Source: a virus
Lineage: Duplodnaviria; Caudoviricetes
DNA: 59,892 nucleotides
IMG/VR virus record: IMGVR_UViG_3300021085_000033
Span: 1-59,892 of that record
Reading direction: 5' to 3' (one strand)
Both the position numbers and the translations under genes were made by a program. Below are positions 42,501 through 52,572 of this stretch, one piece after another. The notes under the pieces are model-generated. The model had not been told where the DNA came from and searched no databases. It saw only the letters and a list, made by a program, of their open reading frames with translations. How positions within the stretch are numbered: the stretch's first letter is position 1; each line of letters begins with the position of its first letter.

Positions 42501-45066
42501 CGTTAGCCCCCTTAATGTTGAGGGTGTCTGTCGTACTATCCGACCCAACTAATGAAACATCAACACCAGCTGTAGCATTTGCTGCCGCATTTAAATCGTA
42601 GGTAGTATCATATGATAATCCAGTGAGGTCTATATTTGTGTAAGTATTATCTTCATCTCTGTACCGTAAAGTTCCAGAGTTGAATGATAGCGAAGTAGTG
42701 GTCTCGTGAGGAGCAGAAATGGTGATTACATCATTTGCTTGCGTAACAGTTACATCTGCAGCACCTACGATGTTGATACTATCTGTTGTTGAGTCGCTAC
42801 CAACAAGGTTTACATCCACACCTGAAGATACATTATCTGAAGTGGATACCGTATATGTGGTATCTGTATCATCGTATAGTGCGGATATGTCAACCGTTAG
42901 CGTGCCGCCATCTAATTGAGTAGCTGTAATAACACCAGTAGACGAGTTGAAAGATAGCGCCTCTATCGTATTGTTATACGCATAGTTCCAGTTATCAATA
43001 CTATCTTTAGTAACCACAGCTGAAGTCTCGTCAGAAGCCTTGTAAATAATAAGACCGTCTTGATCTAAAGACATTACTTTAATGTAGTAGCCTGTAGAGA
43101 ACTCGTTGGTGTACCAGTGGTGCGATTCTGAATCAGGAGACTTAGCAGCATAGATGGCTCCATCAGTATTGAGACCAAAGAAACCTATAGGGTCTACTTG
43201 AGAGTCACCCGGAAGAATACTATAATCTCCATATGTTAACTCCACCTTGGTCTTAATAGTATCTTCTTGTAGGTAAAGGTCGGACTCGTTTATCGGGTTA
43301 TTGTAGAATGGCGCTGTTACAGCAAAGTAATCATCCTGAGATCCAGCATTTGCAAAATTTAAAGTTGATCCATTTTGCTTATTGCTAGCTGTTGGATTCA
43401 ACAAAGTGCCTGTCTGGGGAACAACCCTATGTTCTATGCTACCGATAAGGTTTAATGTACCGTCAGCGTCTACATCATATATATCGTTATAGTAGAATAC
43501 ATTTGCTCCGCTATCGTATTGTAGGTGGTACAGATATAGTATGCCGTAGTAGCTATCATATAACACACCACCAGAATGATCTGCAGATGGTATAACCACA
43601 GATGTAATCAAACTAAAGGTTTCGTCAGATAGCTTTAATCTAAACAAATTCGCTCCTTGTGTACTAACCGTCATCCAAATAGAATTTGAATAAAGATCGA
43701 TAGCTGGCGGACTAACGGCACCAATAGTTCCTATATTCGGTACAGCTGATGGTACTCTGTAGTCAGATGTATTTATAACTCTTGACGGCTCTACAAAAGA
43801 TCCAGTAAGCTGCATCTTGTAGATCTCCATATCATCTAGAAAGGAAGGGGATGTGTACTTTCGTGCCCAGTATAAATATCCATTGTATACATCTAAGATC
43901 TTTGTATTATCATTTTTATGACCTGAGATATTTAATGATTGATTGTCAGAAACAAAAGCTAATACATCATTAGATATAGATACATAAACTATTTTACCTT
44001 GACCGTTTAATAAAATGACTGTGCTGTTATCTGCGTCGTAGTAAAGACTTATTAAACCATCTATCAGTCCATATAGGTTTATAGTGTGAAGCGGTGTTGC
44101 TGTTGTGCCGTCAAAAGAAAATAATGTTACACCCGGACGCTGAATAGAACCACCAAAATTAGTAATCTTTTCAGAGAATCCAATGAATCTTGTTGAGCTT
44201 ATAGAAACGAATTTGTCGTAGTCTGGGTCACTCAAATATGTTCCCTCCCATACGTTCACGTAGTCTCCAGTAGATACATCTAAAAGAGCTATGCTAAAAT
44301 CTGGAGCACCAGATACCGGCTGTGGACCATACGAAGAAAGATACTTATCGTTAGAGTAGAAGAAGCCGTACCTACTAGGCGTAGTGAATGTACTGTCGAT
44401 TATGTCGACTCCAGTGATTGTAACCTCTGTAACAGCTTCCTCTACAGCTGGATTGTAATGTAATCCAATAGCTGCTGTATCAGCTGTATTATCCGTAGAA
44501 ACGAACATAGCGTTTACAGTTTCATACTCCTTGCTGTCTACAAGGGAGCTTGTGGAAGACTGGTACTTAGGAATGTATTGATCGCTTAGGTCTGCCCCTA
44601 GAGAAGATCCTGTTAGATATCTACCGTCTAGATTTACAGTTACGTCCGGTTGGTTCTGTACATTTAATGTGAGCGTACCATCATTAGAATTAAATGATGC
44701 AGCGTTTAAGAAGTCGTTAGTATTGTCTAGGTAAGACGATAAGTCAATAGATGTAGTATCACCCTCCTCATCAGAGTATTGCAAAGAGTTACCAACTAAC
44801 GACAAGGTTGTTAGCGTCTCAGAAGTTAGTAACCCCGTATCGTCAAAGCTGATGTTTACAGTATTATTCTCTTTATTGATGATAATACGGCTGTCACCAG
44901 TAACGATATTAACATATCCTTCGCCAGCCCCAGCCGCCGCTAAAGTGTCATAGGAAATAAAAGCCGTAGTAGGCTCTAATACCGTAATCTGGGAATTAGA
45001 TATAGGAGCAGGAACCGTAACACTCAGGTTCGTGCTGTTGTTGTTTATTGTTATAATGTTACTCAC
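39589..45066 (-). CDS. Long tail fibre with internal repeats and peptidase S74 chaperone
   Basis: PHETTTS/DTTYDL repeats; SSIKYKKN...GLIAEEV...IDYARL. Confidence 0.85.
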   Translation of the reverse strand: MSNIITINNNSTNLSVTVPAPISNSQITVLEPTTAFISYDTLAAAGAGEGYVNIVTGDSRIIINKENNTVNISFDDTGLLTSETLTTLSLVGNSLQYSDEEGDTTSIDLSSYLDNTNDFLNAASFNSNDGTLTLNVQNQPDVTVNLDGRYLTGSSLGADLSDQYIPKYQSSTSSLVDSKEYETVNAMFVSTDNTADTAAIGLHYNPAVEEAVTEVTITGVDIIDSTFTTPSRYGFFYSNDKYLSSYGPQPVSGAPDFSIALLDVSTGDYVNVWEGTYLSDPDYDKFVSISSTRFIGFSEKITNFGGSIQRPGVTLFSFDGTTATPLHTINLYGLIDGLISLYYDADNSTVILLNGQGKIVYVSISNDVLAFVSDNQSLNISGHKNDNTKILDVYNGYLYWARKYTSPSFLDDMEIYKMQLTGSFVEPSRVINTSDYRVPSAVPNIGTIGAVSPPAIDLYSNSIWMTVSTQGANLFRLKLSDETFSLITSVVIPSADHSGGVLYDSYYGILYLYHLQYDSGANVFYYNDIYDVDADGTLNLIGSIEHRVVPQTGTLLNPTASNKQNGSTLNFANAGSQDDYFAVTAPFYNNPINESDLYLQEDTIKTKVELTYGDYSILPGDSQVDPIGFFGLNTDGAIYAAKSPDSESHHWYTNEFSTGYYIKVMSLDQDGLIIYKASDETSAVVTKDSIDNWNYAYNNTIEALSFNSSTGVITATQLDGGTLTVDISALYDDTDTTYTVSTSDNVSSGVDVNLVGSDSTTDSINIVGAADVTVTQANDVITISAPHETTTSLSFNSGTLRYRDEDNTYTNIDLTGLSYDTTYDLNAAANATAGVDVSLVGSDSTTDTLNIKGANDVSVSLINGDIVVDAPHETTTSLSFNSANARLTYTDEDGTGNIVSLASLVETVTSISFTSSTNTITYVDENNTSTDLVLDVYDYEIAQGTLASNTMPVVLNDAAGGSSSISILGSTNVTIGNPSQNVISIASQDTTYDLNVGGTANGTVTVTLTDGTNDDVITIVGTNDVAVTQSAGTITIDAPHETTTSISFSGNEITYTDEDNAGTVLNLDLYDYNLTTGSLAANQVPIELRNPYGLIDDVAIVGGTNVTIGTPAAGSISISSQDTTYDLLSGGAANGTVTVTLTDGTNNDVIDIVGTNDVTVTQSAGTITIDAPHETTTSISFASNIIAYVDEDGVTTTLDLSAYVDTTYDLLKAANATSGVDITLDGSDGTLDTVNFRGINDATVSLVGGNVTIDVPHETTTSISLANDTITYRDEDGGFTNLSLLAYLDDTDTTYTVSTTNAVSGANIVLTAGGSGSGTDSVSIVGGNNVTVTQAADVITVAAADETLTSLSLSSNILSYVDEDGTSTNLDLSLYLDDTNLARLVSGTLNGATGIATFTRDDSTTFTVDLSALFDDTDSTYDLNVSTNVSSGVDVNLVAGGASTGTDTVIFRGANGVAVTQAAGVVTIDGAVASSDNYVDALAFNTTSRVITIGRTGALSDLTATIPDNYVDALSFNTSTRVLTIGRTGSLSDLTATVPDNYVDNISWASGTGVLTIGRTGSLAGLTVNLDGRYLQSYTEIDTLQSVTDRGNTTTNNMQVYSGTTNHTWIKPSEIQFKGGGAINPTANTESLGIGAGIPFTNIDLKFLSNFRISRDGGVVLAFDTGLLQERMAFNSVLGGQYSGSTLGGQANFAVGGTGEFTGDLVVNNDAYITGDLEVTGTVTATSYSNSSIKYKKNVEDLEDKTGDVMKLRPVRYDLKKNDKTDIGLIAEEVEEIFPEVIGYKDGEVNGIDYARLSVVLLQQVQKQQSVIDSLEERLKKLEEK

Positions 45067-45421
45067 TTACGTCTTCATTTACTTTAAACACTCCGTACAA
45101 CCAAGTCTTAACAACACCGCTTTGATCACTCTGTAGATCATACACGTATATACCACCATCAACAGTTTCCATAGTTGATGCTGGTGCAGTTATAGTCAAG
45201 ACACCTAGTGCTGTACCAGTGTAAGTAAATGAAGAGTCTGGAATAATATCAGGTGTTGATGTATCGGTTTCCTTTACATCCATCTTCCAAACATAGCCAG
45301 AGCTAAGATCAATTGGAACTCCATCTCCATCTTTAAACGTGAAAGACACGGTAAAGGTGTCTCCTTTTCTGCAGGTGATATCTACTCTCTGAGATATGTC
45401 TAAGTTGATTTCTGTTGCCAT
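45059..45421 (-). CDS. Fibre-attachment/baseplate-like Ig-fold protein
   Basis: RKGDTF...YVYDLQ...LYGVFKV pattern; precedes the fibre gene. Confidence 0.5.
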   Translation of the reverse strand: MATEINLDISQRVDITCRKGDTFTVSFTFKDGDGVPIDLSSGYVWKMDVKETDTSTPDIIPDSSFTYTGTALGVLTITAPASTMETVDGGIYVYDLQSDQSGVVKTWLYGVFKVNEDVSE

Positions 45422-45448
45422 ATTGCAAAGGTACTAAATCATTGGTTA

Positions 45449-47860
45449 TTAAATACTTAGAAGATCTGATTCGTCAGCAAGCTCTCCTCTATTGCCTTGG
45501 CGTTGAGAGATAAGCTTTGACTGCTCTAAAGCCTGCTTCTTAACACGCTGATCTTTGCGATCTTCTTTCATAACCTCTGCGGAATTCTTAACGCGGCTTT
45601 CAACCTGTTGTTCAGCTATACCATATTCTCCTCTAAGCTTTTCAAGCTCCATACGCATCTGATGCTCTAGCTGAGCTAGCTGCGCCTTCATCTGGAACTC
45701 CATCTGCTTTTTCTGCATCTCTAGTTGTATAAGCGCCTGCTCCTTCTGAACTTCTGCCTGCATACTTGCTTGAGCTGCTTGAGCGTTAGCTTGAGATTGA
45801 GCTTGGATGTTTTCTTGCTGCATCGCTTGCATCTGAGCCATACGCTTCTTACGACGAATAATCAACAAGCGCTCTGCTTGATCAACGTCCTTGATATTAC
45901 GGATAGCCATAGCATCTTCTAGGTCGATCTCTTTCTGAGACAATGCAATCTGAATGTTCTGCTCTAGGTACTGACGGTCAGTATCGCTGAGGTCGCTCAA
46001 TACACGTACACCGAAGTTATACATAGGCAAATCCTTAAAGCTGTTCAGAACCTGCATATTTGTCTTGCCGATAGCTTTCTCGTAAACAGCATACAATACA
46101 GACTTGCTTGGCAGGATCTGTAAGCACTTAACGATATCTTCACACACCCTGCGGTAGTAAATCATTGCTGAGTTAGTGATGTCATAAAGCGCATTGTTAG
46201 ATGCATTTACAGCCATCTGGTTAACGCCTACTAGTGCCTCACCTTTAGGTGTTGTTCCGTCTACTACTTCGTTAATACCCGTAGCATCACGAATCATACG
46301 CAAGTAGTGGTTGTATAGAGCGATAAGCTCATTGATGTTTCGGATGCTGTTGTTGATCTCACGAATAGGCGGGTTCTGGAATCCCCCTTCAGGGTTCTTA
46401 GAACGATAGTACATCACACCAGTCTGCTCGTAGATATCTTGAATCTGAAGTGGTGATAGTTCACCGCCACGCCCAAGGTCTACGTTCTCAAGACCTTCAA
46501 TGTCTATAATGATACCATCAGGCTTGGCTTTAGCAACAGCTTGTTGTAGCTTAAGATGCGTAAGCTGTAGTTGATCAGCAAATCCAATAACGCTAGATAC
46601 TAGCGACTTAGGCATCATCTGACGAATATTTGTTGCTACAACACTGTAAGATAAACGAGCACGTGTTAAATCGTGGATGTTCTTAGGAACGTTGTTGCAC
46701 TGCTTGTAGTTATATACGTGATCTGTACCTATGATATAGCTACCTCCATATACAGTAGCGTTATTCATATTAACGATCTCTCTATCGTAGACAGAGTTCT
46801 TTGGAATTTCAAACTTTTCTCCCTTGAAGTAGAATCCTGTATTTCCAAATCGAGACATCTTCTTCTCGTAAACCATAGAGTCTACAGACATAAACTCAAA
46901 GTCAAGAACCTGAATACTATACTCATCGTATGGCATCTCCTGAACGTTAACGGTATCTCCTAGCTGTCTACGTGTAAAAGCATTTGGATCGTTACCATAT
47001 TTGTTCATTACGCTCTGAGCCATATTGTGGTATTCTTTCTCGGTAAACTGAGTGCCAGCAATACGTTTAAGCTCTGAGATAGACATAGTCTTTATATGTC
47101 CAGCATAAACCAAATCAGAGAATGTAGGATCTTCGGTGAAGTTGTGAATAAACAACTTAGGGTCTACATATTCCTGATTGATACCGTAATTAGGATCATT
47201 GGTTCTCTTTGACACCGCCATACCACAGTTAACTAAGTCTTCAACAACACGGCGATATACACGCTCGTCAAAGTTGTTCCAGCTTAAAGTCATCTGGGTG
47301 CCCAGCTGTGCAGCAACTTCAGCGTCAGTCTTCACATTTGTTTCTAGGAATATCTCTGCTTCTTCTGGAGTTTCAGGCAGTCTGTCTGGATCTGTATCTA
47401 CTTGTAGACCAGCTTCTTTAGCCTCCTTAAACTTATCCTTATTCTCGATGCGTGCTGCAATCTTTCTTTTCTTTATGTCTTTCTCGCTCTGTGATAACGG
47501 GTCTACAGCTTCAATCTGCGGATAGCGATAAGACGAAATGATTTTGTTGACAACGATCTTTGCAAACTTAGGAATGATAGGCACTGGAGTCCAGTCAATG
47601 GACATTAATGTACCATCTCCGTTATCCGGATCTAAACTATTAAGTATCTGTTTATAGATGGAAGTATCTTGTGTACCAGCGCCATAAGCACGCGCACGCT
47701 CAAATTCCTTGTAGCGTTTTCCGTATACGCTATTCTGATTGTCTAGACCTCCCCATTGTGCAAGCATAGCCTTAGCATATTGCAATCCATATTTAGGATC
47801 TAGCTTTGCTGATACATCTGCTAGCGGATTAGGGAAACCGCCTTTCATATTTTTATTCAT
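45449..47860 (-). CDS. Portal protein
   Basis: 803 aa directly after TerL; TGINEVVDG; Q-rich C-terminal barrel like P22-type portals. Confidence 0.85.
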   Translation of the reverse strand: MNKNMKGGFPNPLADVSAKLDPKYGLQYAKAMLAQWGGLDNQNSVYGKRYKEFERARAYGAGTQDTSIYKQILNSLDPDNGDGTLMSIDWTPVPIIPKFAKIVVNKIISSYRYPQIEAVDPLSQSEKDIKKRKIAARIENKDKFKEAKEAGLQVDTDPDRLPETPEEAEIFLETNVKTDAEVAAQLGTQMTLSWNNFDERVYRRVVEDLVNCGMAVSKRTNDPNYGINQEYVDPKLFIHNFTEDPTFSDLVYAGHIKTMSISELKRIAGTQFTEKEYHNMAQSVMNKYGNDPNAFTRRQLGDTVNVQEMPYDEYSIQVLDFEFMSVDSMVYEKKMSRFGNTGFYFKGEKFEIPKNSVYDREIVNMNNATVYGGSYIIGTDHVYNYKQCNNVPKNIHDLTRARLSYSVVATNIRQMMPKSLVSSVIGFADQLQLTHLKLQQAVAKAKPDGIIIDIEGLENVDLGRGGELSPLQIQDIYEQTGVMYYRSKNPEGGFQNPPIREINNSIRNINELIALYNHYLRMIRDATGINEVVDGTTPKGEALVGVNQMAVNASNNALYDITNSAMIYYRRVCEDIVKCLQILPSKSVLYAVYEKAIGKTNMQVLNSFKDLPMYNFGVRVLSDLSDTDRQYLEQNIQIALSQKEIDLEDAMAIRNIKDVDQAERLLIIRRKKRMAQMQAMQQENIQAQSQANAQAAQASMQAEVQKEQALIQLEMQKKQMEFQMKAQLAQLEHQMRMELEKLRGEYGIAEQQVESRVKNSAEVMKEDRKDQRVKKQALEQSKLISQRQGNRGELADESDLLSI

Positions 47861-47900
47861 CGTTTCGCTGAATCGTTATCAACTGCAAAGATAATGATTA

Positions 47901-50024
47901 TTAACGTATGATTGGTTTTAACTTCCTGAAGAACTGTTTGTTAGAGAAGTCAGTCTTTTTATTTTCTTTCTGAACACGCTGGGCTGCCAATAAAGCAAGA
48001 CCAGAAGATATAGTAAGGTCATATGCGGTACGGTTATCTATCTTGAAATTAATCCAATCTTCAAGTGTTCTTTCAAAGTACATACGTCCGTAATCACCAT
48101 TCTCATTAAGACCTATATGCTCGTGAATATATGCCTCAATAGATTGAGCGTGAGCTTGAATAACATCCTGAGAGTTAGACGGTATCCCCTTAGTTTTTAC
48201 AGCTACTCTAGCTGTTGACTTTAGATGCTCTGGTCTATTCATAAGATAACCATCATAACCCCTGTTCTCAAAGTATCTAGCTATACCGTACTTGTTATTC
48301 TCTATAAGAATTTCATAACCGTAGTATACAGCAGCCATAAGAACATCTTCATAGAAAATTCTAGCAAGCGGTGGACGTGAAGCATACTCTAATACAAACA
48401 TATTAGAAGGGTATTCCATATTAAACTTATTATATAAATGGTATGCACCCTTAGATCCCCTTCCGTCAACAGTGGCATCAAGATCATAGCTATCCACTCC
48501 TCCGCATCCTAGATGTTTATTACCCGGTATTTTCTTTCCGTTTTCGGACAATACTTTGTTTCTAAGCTCTACAGGTGGTAACCAAGCTACTCTAAACCTA
48601 CCGTCTGGATCTGGCCTAAACAAGACCTCTGTGTCTTGAGCGCCATTGTTCCAAACAAAGTTTCCTCTAACCACAGGATGGGGGTACATCTCTTGATTGT
48701 GCTCTATCTGTTCGTAGATCTTACCAATATTAAATAAGCTAGCTTTTGTAGAATCCCTAAACGCTTCTTCAGCTGTAAAGGGAAACTGACGTATAACCTC
48801 ATTAAGCTCATTACTGTTATTTGATAACGCTTTTCGTTCATTCTTTAAATACGTTCTAGCACCAATATCAATATATTCATCATCTATCCCTTCTACAGCT
48901 TCATCAGGATCATTTATCACAGGGTTGCCATAGCGGTCAAAGAATCCCTCTAGTGCCTCATATGCCGGTACAAATATCCTATACAGCATACTCTTTGTGC
49001 GTCCGTTGGCGTTACGCTCAGTAGGGTCCGACATATCCCAAAGATCACGGTAGTTCCTACCGCCTTTATCTAATGGGTTAACGGTGGATCCAATAATAGC
49101 CTTACCTACAAACTTACGACCCACCATTAAACAAGTACGTTGTATACGCCATACTTCTAAGATGTCTTCAGGACGCTCAAACTTACCAGCTTCATCAATA
49201 AATATAACCTTAAGTTTCTCACCGTCATATGCGTTGGATGTGGTGTTGCGCCAATTGATTATTGTGTTAAGTGCTTCACCGCCACCAGCAGTCTTATTCT
49301 TTTTGGTAATACGTTTTGAAGGTTCCCGAAATGCCAACTCTGTACGGGGGTTTGTAGTACCATCTTGTATAGGCTTAAAGAAAAAGGGGTAGTGTCTATA
49401 CATACCTACAACTTTCTTCATAAAGATATTCTCCTGAGCGTCCTTACCAGTCTTAGACATAATACCTACGGTGACGTCATAGGTTGAAGTCCCTACATCG
49501 TCTAGCACAGAAGAAGCTACGTTTGTATATCCTGAACGGCGACACTTAGTATACATTTGTCCAGCACATCTTGGATCAACAAAACAAGCTTCAAGATGGA
49601 TCATAATGTCTCTCTGGAAGCTTAGGTAGTACCCGTAAAAACTAGCATCAATCTTACTCCACTGAAGCATCATATAATGCTTTCCGGTAATGTATGTAGG
49701 TACACCGTTATTGTAGAACCATAGACCATTATTACGGCGTTCAAATTCCCTGCGTATATATGGCTCGTACTTTTTCTTAAACTCTTTAGGCATATCATAC
49801 CACTCGTCCATAGACTTTATGCGTGCAAGTTCTACAGGCATATCCTGTCGCTTCCAACGTTGTTCTTCTACAGCTAGGTCGTTGTAAAGTATACGTTCGT
49901 GACTAGGTTGCTTAGGTAGCTGTATAGCAAGATTGGCGATTTCTATAACATCACCTTCAGTATCATTAGGGCATATGTTAATAACCTTATCTTCGTATCC
50001 TTTTATATCTTTAAGTACACCCAT
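47901..50024 (-). CDS. terL: Terminase large subunit
   Basis: Walker A-like KCRRSGYT, Walker B IFIDEAGK, GST, nuclease GGVDSYD and YDLTISSG. Confidence 0.9.
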   Translation of the reverse strand: MGVLKDIKGYEDKVINICPNDTEGDVIEIANLAIQLPKQPSHERILYNDLAVEEQRWKRQDMPVELARIKSMDEWYDMPKEFKKKYEPYIRREFERRNNGLWFYNNGVPTYITGKHYMMLQWSKIDASFYGYYLSFQRDIMIHLEACFVDPRCAGQMYTKCRRSGYTNVASSVLDDVGTSTYDVTVGIMSKTGKDAQENIFMKKVVGMYRHYPFFFKPIQDGTTNPRTELAFREPSKRITKKNKTAGGGEALNTIINWRNTTSNAYDGEKLKVIFIDEAGKFERPEDILEVWRIQRTCLMVGRKFVGKAIIGSTVNPLDKGGRNYRDLWDMSDPTERNANGRTKSMLYRIFVPAYEALEGFFDRYGNPVINDPDEAVEGIDDEYIDIGARTYLKNERKALSNNSNELNEVIRQFPFTAEEAFRDSTKASLFNIGKIYEQIEHNQEMYPHPVVRGNFVWNNGAQDTEVLFRPDPDGRFRVAWLPPVELRNKVLSENGKKIPGNKHLGCGGVDSYDLDATVDGRGSKGAYHLYNKFNMEYPSNMFVLEYASRPPLARIFYEDVLMAAVYYGYEILIENNKYGIARYFENRGYDGYLMNRPEHLKSTARVAVKTKGIPSNSQDVIQAHAQSIEAYIHEHIGLNENGDYGRMYFERTLEDWINFKIDNRTAYDLTISSGLALLAAQRVQKENKKTDFSNKQFFRKLKPIIR

Positions 50025-50320
50025 TAGCGTTTAGCAAACTGCTCACTGAAACCACCACCAAAGTCTTGATCACCTTCAATACCTCCAGTTTCCTTAAGTT
50101 CTTTAATCATCGTCTCAAGCTTTTGATACTCAGTAATTAATTCCTTTGCGTCTAAAGCAGATTCCTTAATACTTTTTAATTCAGCACGCCTACCAGATCC
50201 ACTCTGCTCAGTGTCAATAGGTCGTTTTATTTCTTCAGTGATATTACGTATAGCCTCAGCCATAGCTTCCAACAGCTCCTCACCTGCTTTAACGCTGCTG
50301 AATATTCTTTTACGACCCAT
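50024..50320 (-). CDS. Putative terminase small subunit
   Basis: Small helical protein coupled (TAATG) to terL. Confidence 0.45.
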   Translation of the reverse strand: MGRKRIFSSVKAGEELLEAMAEAIRNITEEIKRPIDTEQSGSGRRAELKSIKESALDAKELITEYQKLETMIKELKETGGIEGDQDFGGGFSEQFAKR

Positions 50321-50904
50321 TAAAATCCAGTTGCGTAGATATGATCAATGTGCGTACGATAAACTTCCTTTCCGTCAACCTTCATACGGTAGTCTGCGTG
50401 CTTCATAATCATCACCTTATCACCAGCTTTTAGACCTAGGTCTCTAACTACAGGTGAGTCATACACGACATATCCGAATTGATTGTATTCGGGTTTCTTT
50501 AGATTAGTAATGATTCCGCTCTCTGTAATCTCTTCATCAGGCTGGACCTCTGGATCGAGGAATATCCACTCTGACAACAGCTGTACATCGCCATCTTTGT
50601 TCTTGTAGGCGTAGGCTTGTGTAGACTGGCTATTGTTGGGATTGTACTTGACATAGTATATATCGTCTTGAACACGCTGTCTTGTTCCGTTTCCAGCAAT
50701 AAGCACGTGATGATGAAAGTAGAGTGTGTCACCAACCTCGGCTCCTGTATCGTACTTTAAAGGTACAGCTACAATCTCAGCTTCCATCTTTCGGTTCTCA
50801 AACTCGTTCCAATTTGGATCGATGTAAATAGTTGTGTCGCCTACTTCAACTTCATCGTTAAAGGCTTTAGGTAGACGCACAAAGAAGTCATAAATTGCTT
50901 TCAT
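50320..50904 (-). CDS. Tandem GroES-like co-chaperonin
   Basis: Two Cpn10-like halves: EVGDTLYFHH and EEITESGII...GLKAGDKV. Confidence 0.7.
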   Translation of the reverse strand: MKAIYDFFVRLPKAFNDEVEVGDTTIYIDPNWNEFENRKMEAEIVAVPLKYDTGAEVGDTLYFHHHVLIAGNGTRQRVQDDIYYVKYNPNNSQSTQAYAYKNKDGDVQLLSEWIFLDPEVQPDEEITESGIITNLKKPEYNQFGYVVYDSPVVRDLGLKAGDKVMIMKHADYRMKVDGKEVYRTHIDHIYATGF

Positions 50905-50925
50905 ATTAAATTGAATTATGCTTAA

Positions 50926-51159
50926 TTAAGAAAAGTCGCAGTCGTACTCTAGAAGTACAGGCATACCCTCAACAGATTTCCAAAGCATTACGCCGTCTGC
51001 TGGGTGCTTTATATATATAAGGTATCTCTGAGTTCCATATTTATGTAGATGTTTATCATCTAATATGATAGTATCGACAATGCTTTCCCCTGCTTTTTGA
51101 CCTATGTAGTAAGCCATAGCCTTAAGGGGATTTACCCCAATGATAATTTTTCTAATCAT
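50926..51159 (-). CDS. Hypothetical protein
   Basis: MIRKIIIG...AMAYYIGQ...LWK...EYD. Confidence 0.7.
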   Translation of the reverse strand: MIRKIIIGVNPLKAMAYYIGQKAGESIVDTIILDDKHLHKYGTQRYLIYIKHPADGVMLWKSVEGMPVLLEYDCDFS

Positions 51160-51190
51160 TTTAATTTAAATTATATAAATAACACGGAAC

Positions 51191-51529
51191 TTAGTTTACA
51201 TCCCCGTCTCTTCGTGATAAGTTAATCCAATAATCTATGCTTGAGGTGTTATTCCTTTTTTCTTCTTCTACCTCCGCACGGTATATCTCCACCACGTAAG
51301 ACAATAGATCGTCTAATTCATCCTCGTCTTCAACGTCTACCATAGACAGCAAACTCATATTTACCATAGGTTCGCCATCCTCGTCAATGCTTGCGGAGTC
51401 AGGATTAATAAAGCCGACAGCTATGGTTCCAATGAATTCTTTTTCTAGGCCGTGTTTCTTAACGGTTTCTTTGACCGCGAGTATGAGATCTTGAATCTCA
51501 AGCAAGCAATCTTTGATTTCTTCTTTCAT
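51191..51529 (-). CDS. Acidic hypothetical protein
   Basis: ORF in the late operon. Confidence 0.6.
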   Translation of the reverse strand: MKEEIKDCLLEIQDLILAVKETVKKHGLEKEFIGTIAVGFINPDSASIDEDGEPMVNMSLLSMVDVEDEDELDDLLSYVVEIYRAEVEEEKRNNTSSIDYWINLSRRDGDVN

Positions 51530-51535
51530 ATTAAA

Positions 51536-52519
51536 TTAGTTTCCTACTTCTTTTACGGTAAACGAAACTCTCGTATCTTGACTTAGCGAAATAGAGCCAG
51601 TAGTCGTAGATATTTCAATTCTAAATTTCTCGTTTACGCCAAGCATAAATATACTCCAGAAAGAATCAGCGTGGCTGCCGGTAGTAGTCTTACTTCGTAT
51701 GACGGATTTTATATCGTTCCAAGCCGTTCCATTATACTTTTGCAATGTGTAAGTGATAGCAGAGTTGTTTGATGTAGTTTCTGTGAAGGCAGTAATATCT
51801 ACGTATACAGGAACAGCTGCAGAAGATTGGTTTTCAATTGTTCCATTAGAAGCGTCTAGTACTAACTGTGCCGTACCGATTTTAAAATGGAAGCTAGTGC
51901 TATCAGTAGTATTGCTTACTGTCGTATATGGCACTATTGAAGAAGATCCAGAGGTTGATAAAGTTATGTCGCTGGGAACAGCACCGATTAACATCTCCTC
52001 AAAACCAGCAGCTGTAGACTCAAATGTTAACGTACTTGTTGAGTTGTTATACGATATGCTCATACCGCTTCCAGCGTCAAACAATACATTACCACTTGTG
52101 TTAGCTCCAATAAAGTTTAATCCGTTGTTAGCATCTACGATGCCACCAATAAGACCTATTTCTCCAGATGTGTAGTTAACCCAGTTTGTGCCATCAAAGT
52201 AAAGCATATCTCCGTTACCGACATTCACCAATGCGACATCTGTAAGGTCATCCAAAGCAACAGCGCCACCACCAGAACCAACAGGTACCAATATGACATC
52301 GTTGTTTCCATCCAGCGCAAGTGCTGTAGCTGACGATCCACTGGCTGGAGCAGTAGTGAACTTCAATGCGTCTACCTGAACCTTATCTGTGGATACTGAT
52401 AACGCAGTAGCTGTGCCACCACCATCTTCTACAGATTTCACTGTAGCGTTAGCGCCGCCCTCTACGTGTAGTAAATTTCCGTACTTATCTTTGATCTTCT
52501 GACCTGCTAATGTAGCCAT
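51536..52519 (-). CDS. Putative structural fibre/decoration protein
   Basis: T/S/G-rich; LDDLTDV...GDMLYFDGTNWVN fibre motif; C-terminal beta domain. Confidence 0.6.
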   Translation of the reverse strand: MATLAGQKIKDKYGNLLHVEGGANATVKSVEDGGGTATALSVSTDKVQVDALKFTTAPASGSSATALALDGNNDVILVPVGSGGGAVALDDLTDVALVNVGNGDMLYFDGTNWVNYTSGEIGLIGGIVDANNGLNFIGANTSGNVLFDAGSGMSISYNNSTSTLTFESTAAGFEEMLIGAVPSDITLSTSGSSSIVPYTTVSNTTDSTSFHFKIGTAQLVLDASNGTIENQSSAAVPVYVDITAFTETTSNNSAITYTLQKYNGTAWNDIKSVIRSKTTTGSHADSFWSIFMLGVNEKFRIEISTTTGSISLSQDTRVSFTVKEVGN

Positions 52520-52534
52520 ACCGTTTTAATTAGT

Positions 52535-52552
52535 TAACTTTGCACAAAGATA
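52535..52552. promoter_or_regulatory. Overlapping opposite-strand promoter -7 elements
   Basis: + TAACTTTG at 52535-42 and - TATCTTTG at 52545-52. Confidence 0.6.
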
Positions 52553-52572
52553 CTAATTTAATTCTACAGCTT

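Noticed and set aside
35587-45066. Diversity-generating retroelement or invertase shufflon acting on the fibres
   Set aside because: No reverse transcriptase or recombinase gene, no TR/VR pair, and all modules share one orientation
11955-52175. Many + strand ORFs antisense to structural genes (e.g. 17571-18281, 23179-23604, 51753-52175)
   Set aside because: Shadow frames of long minus-strand genes with no independent signals
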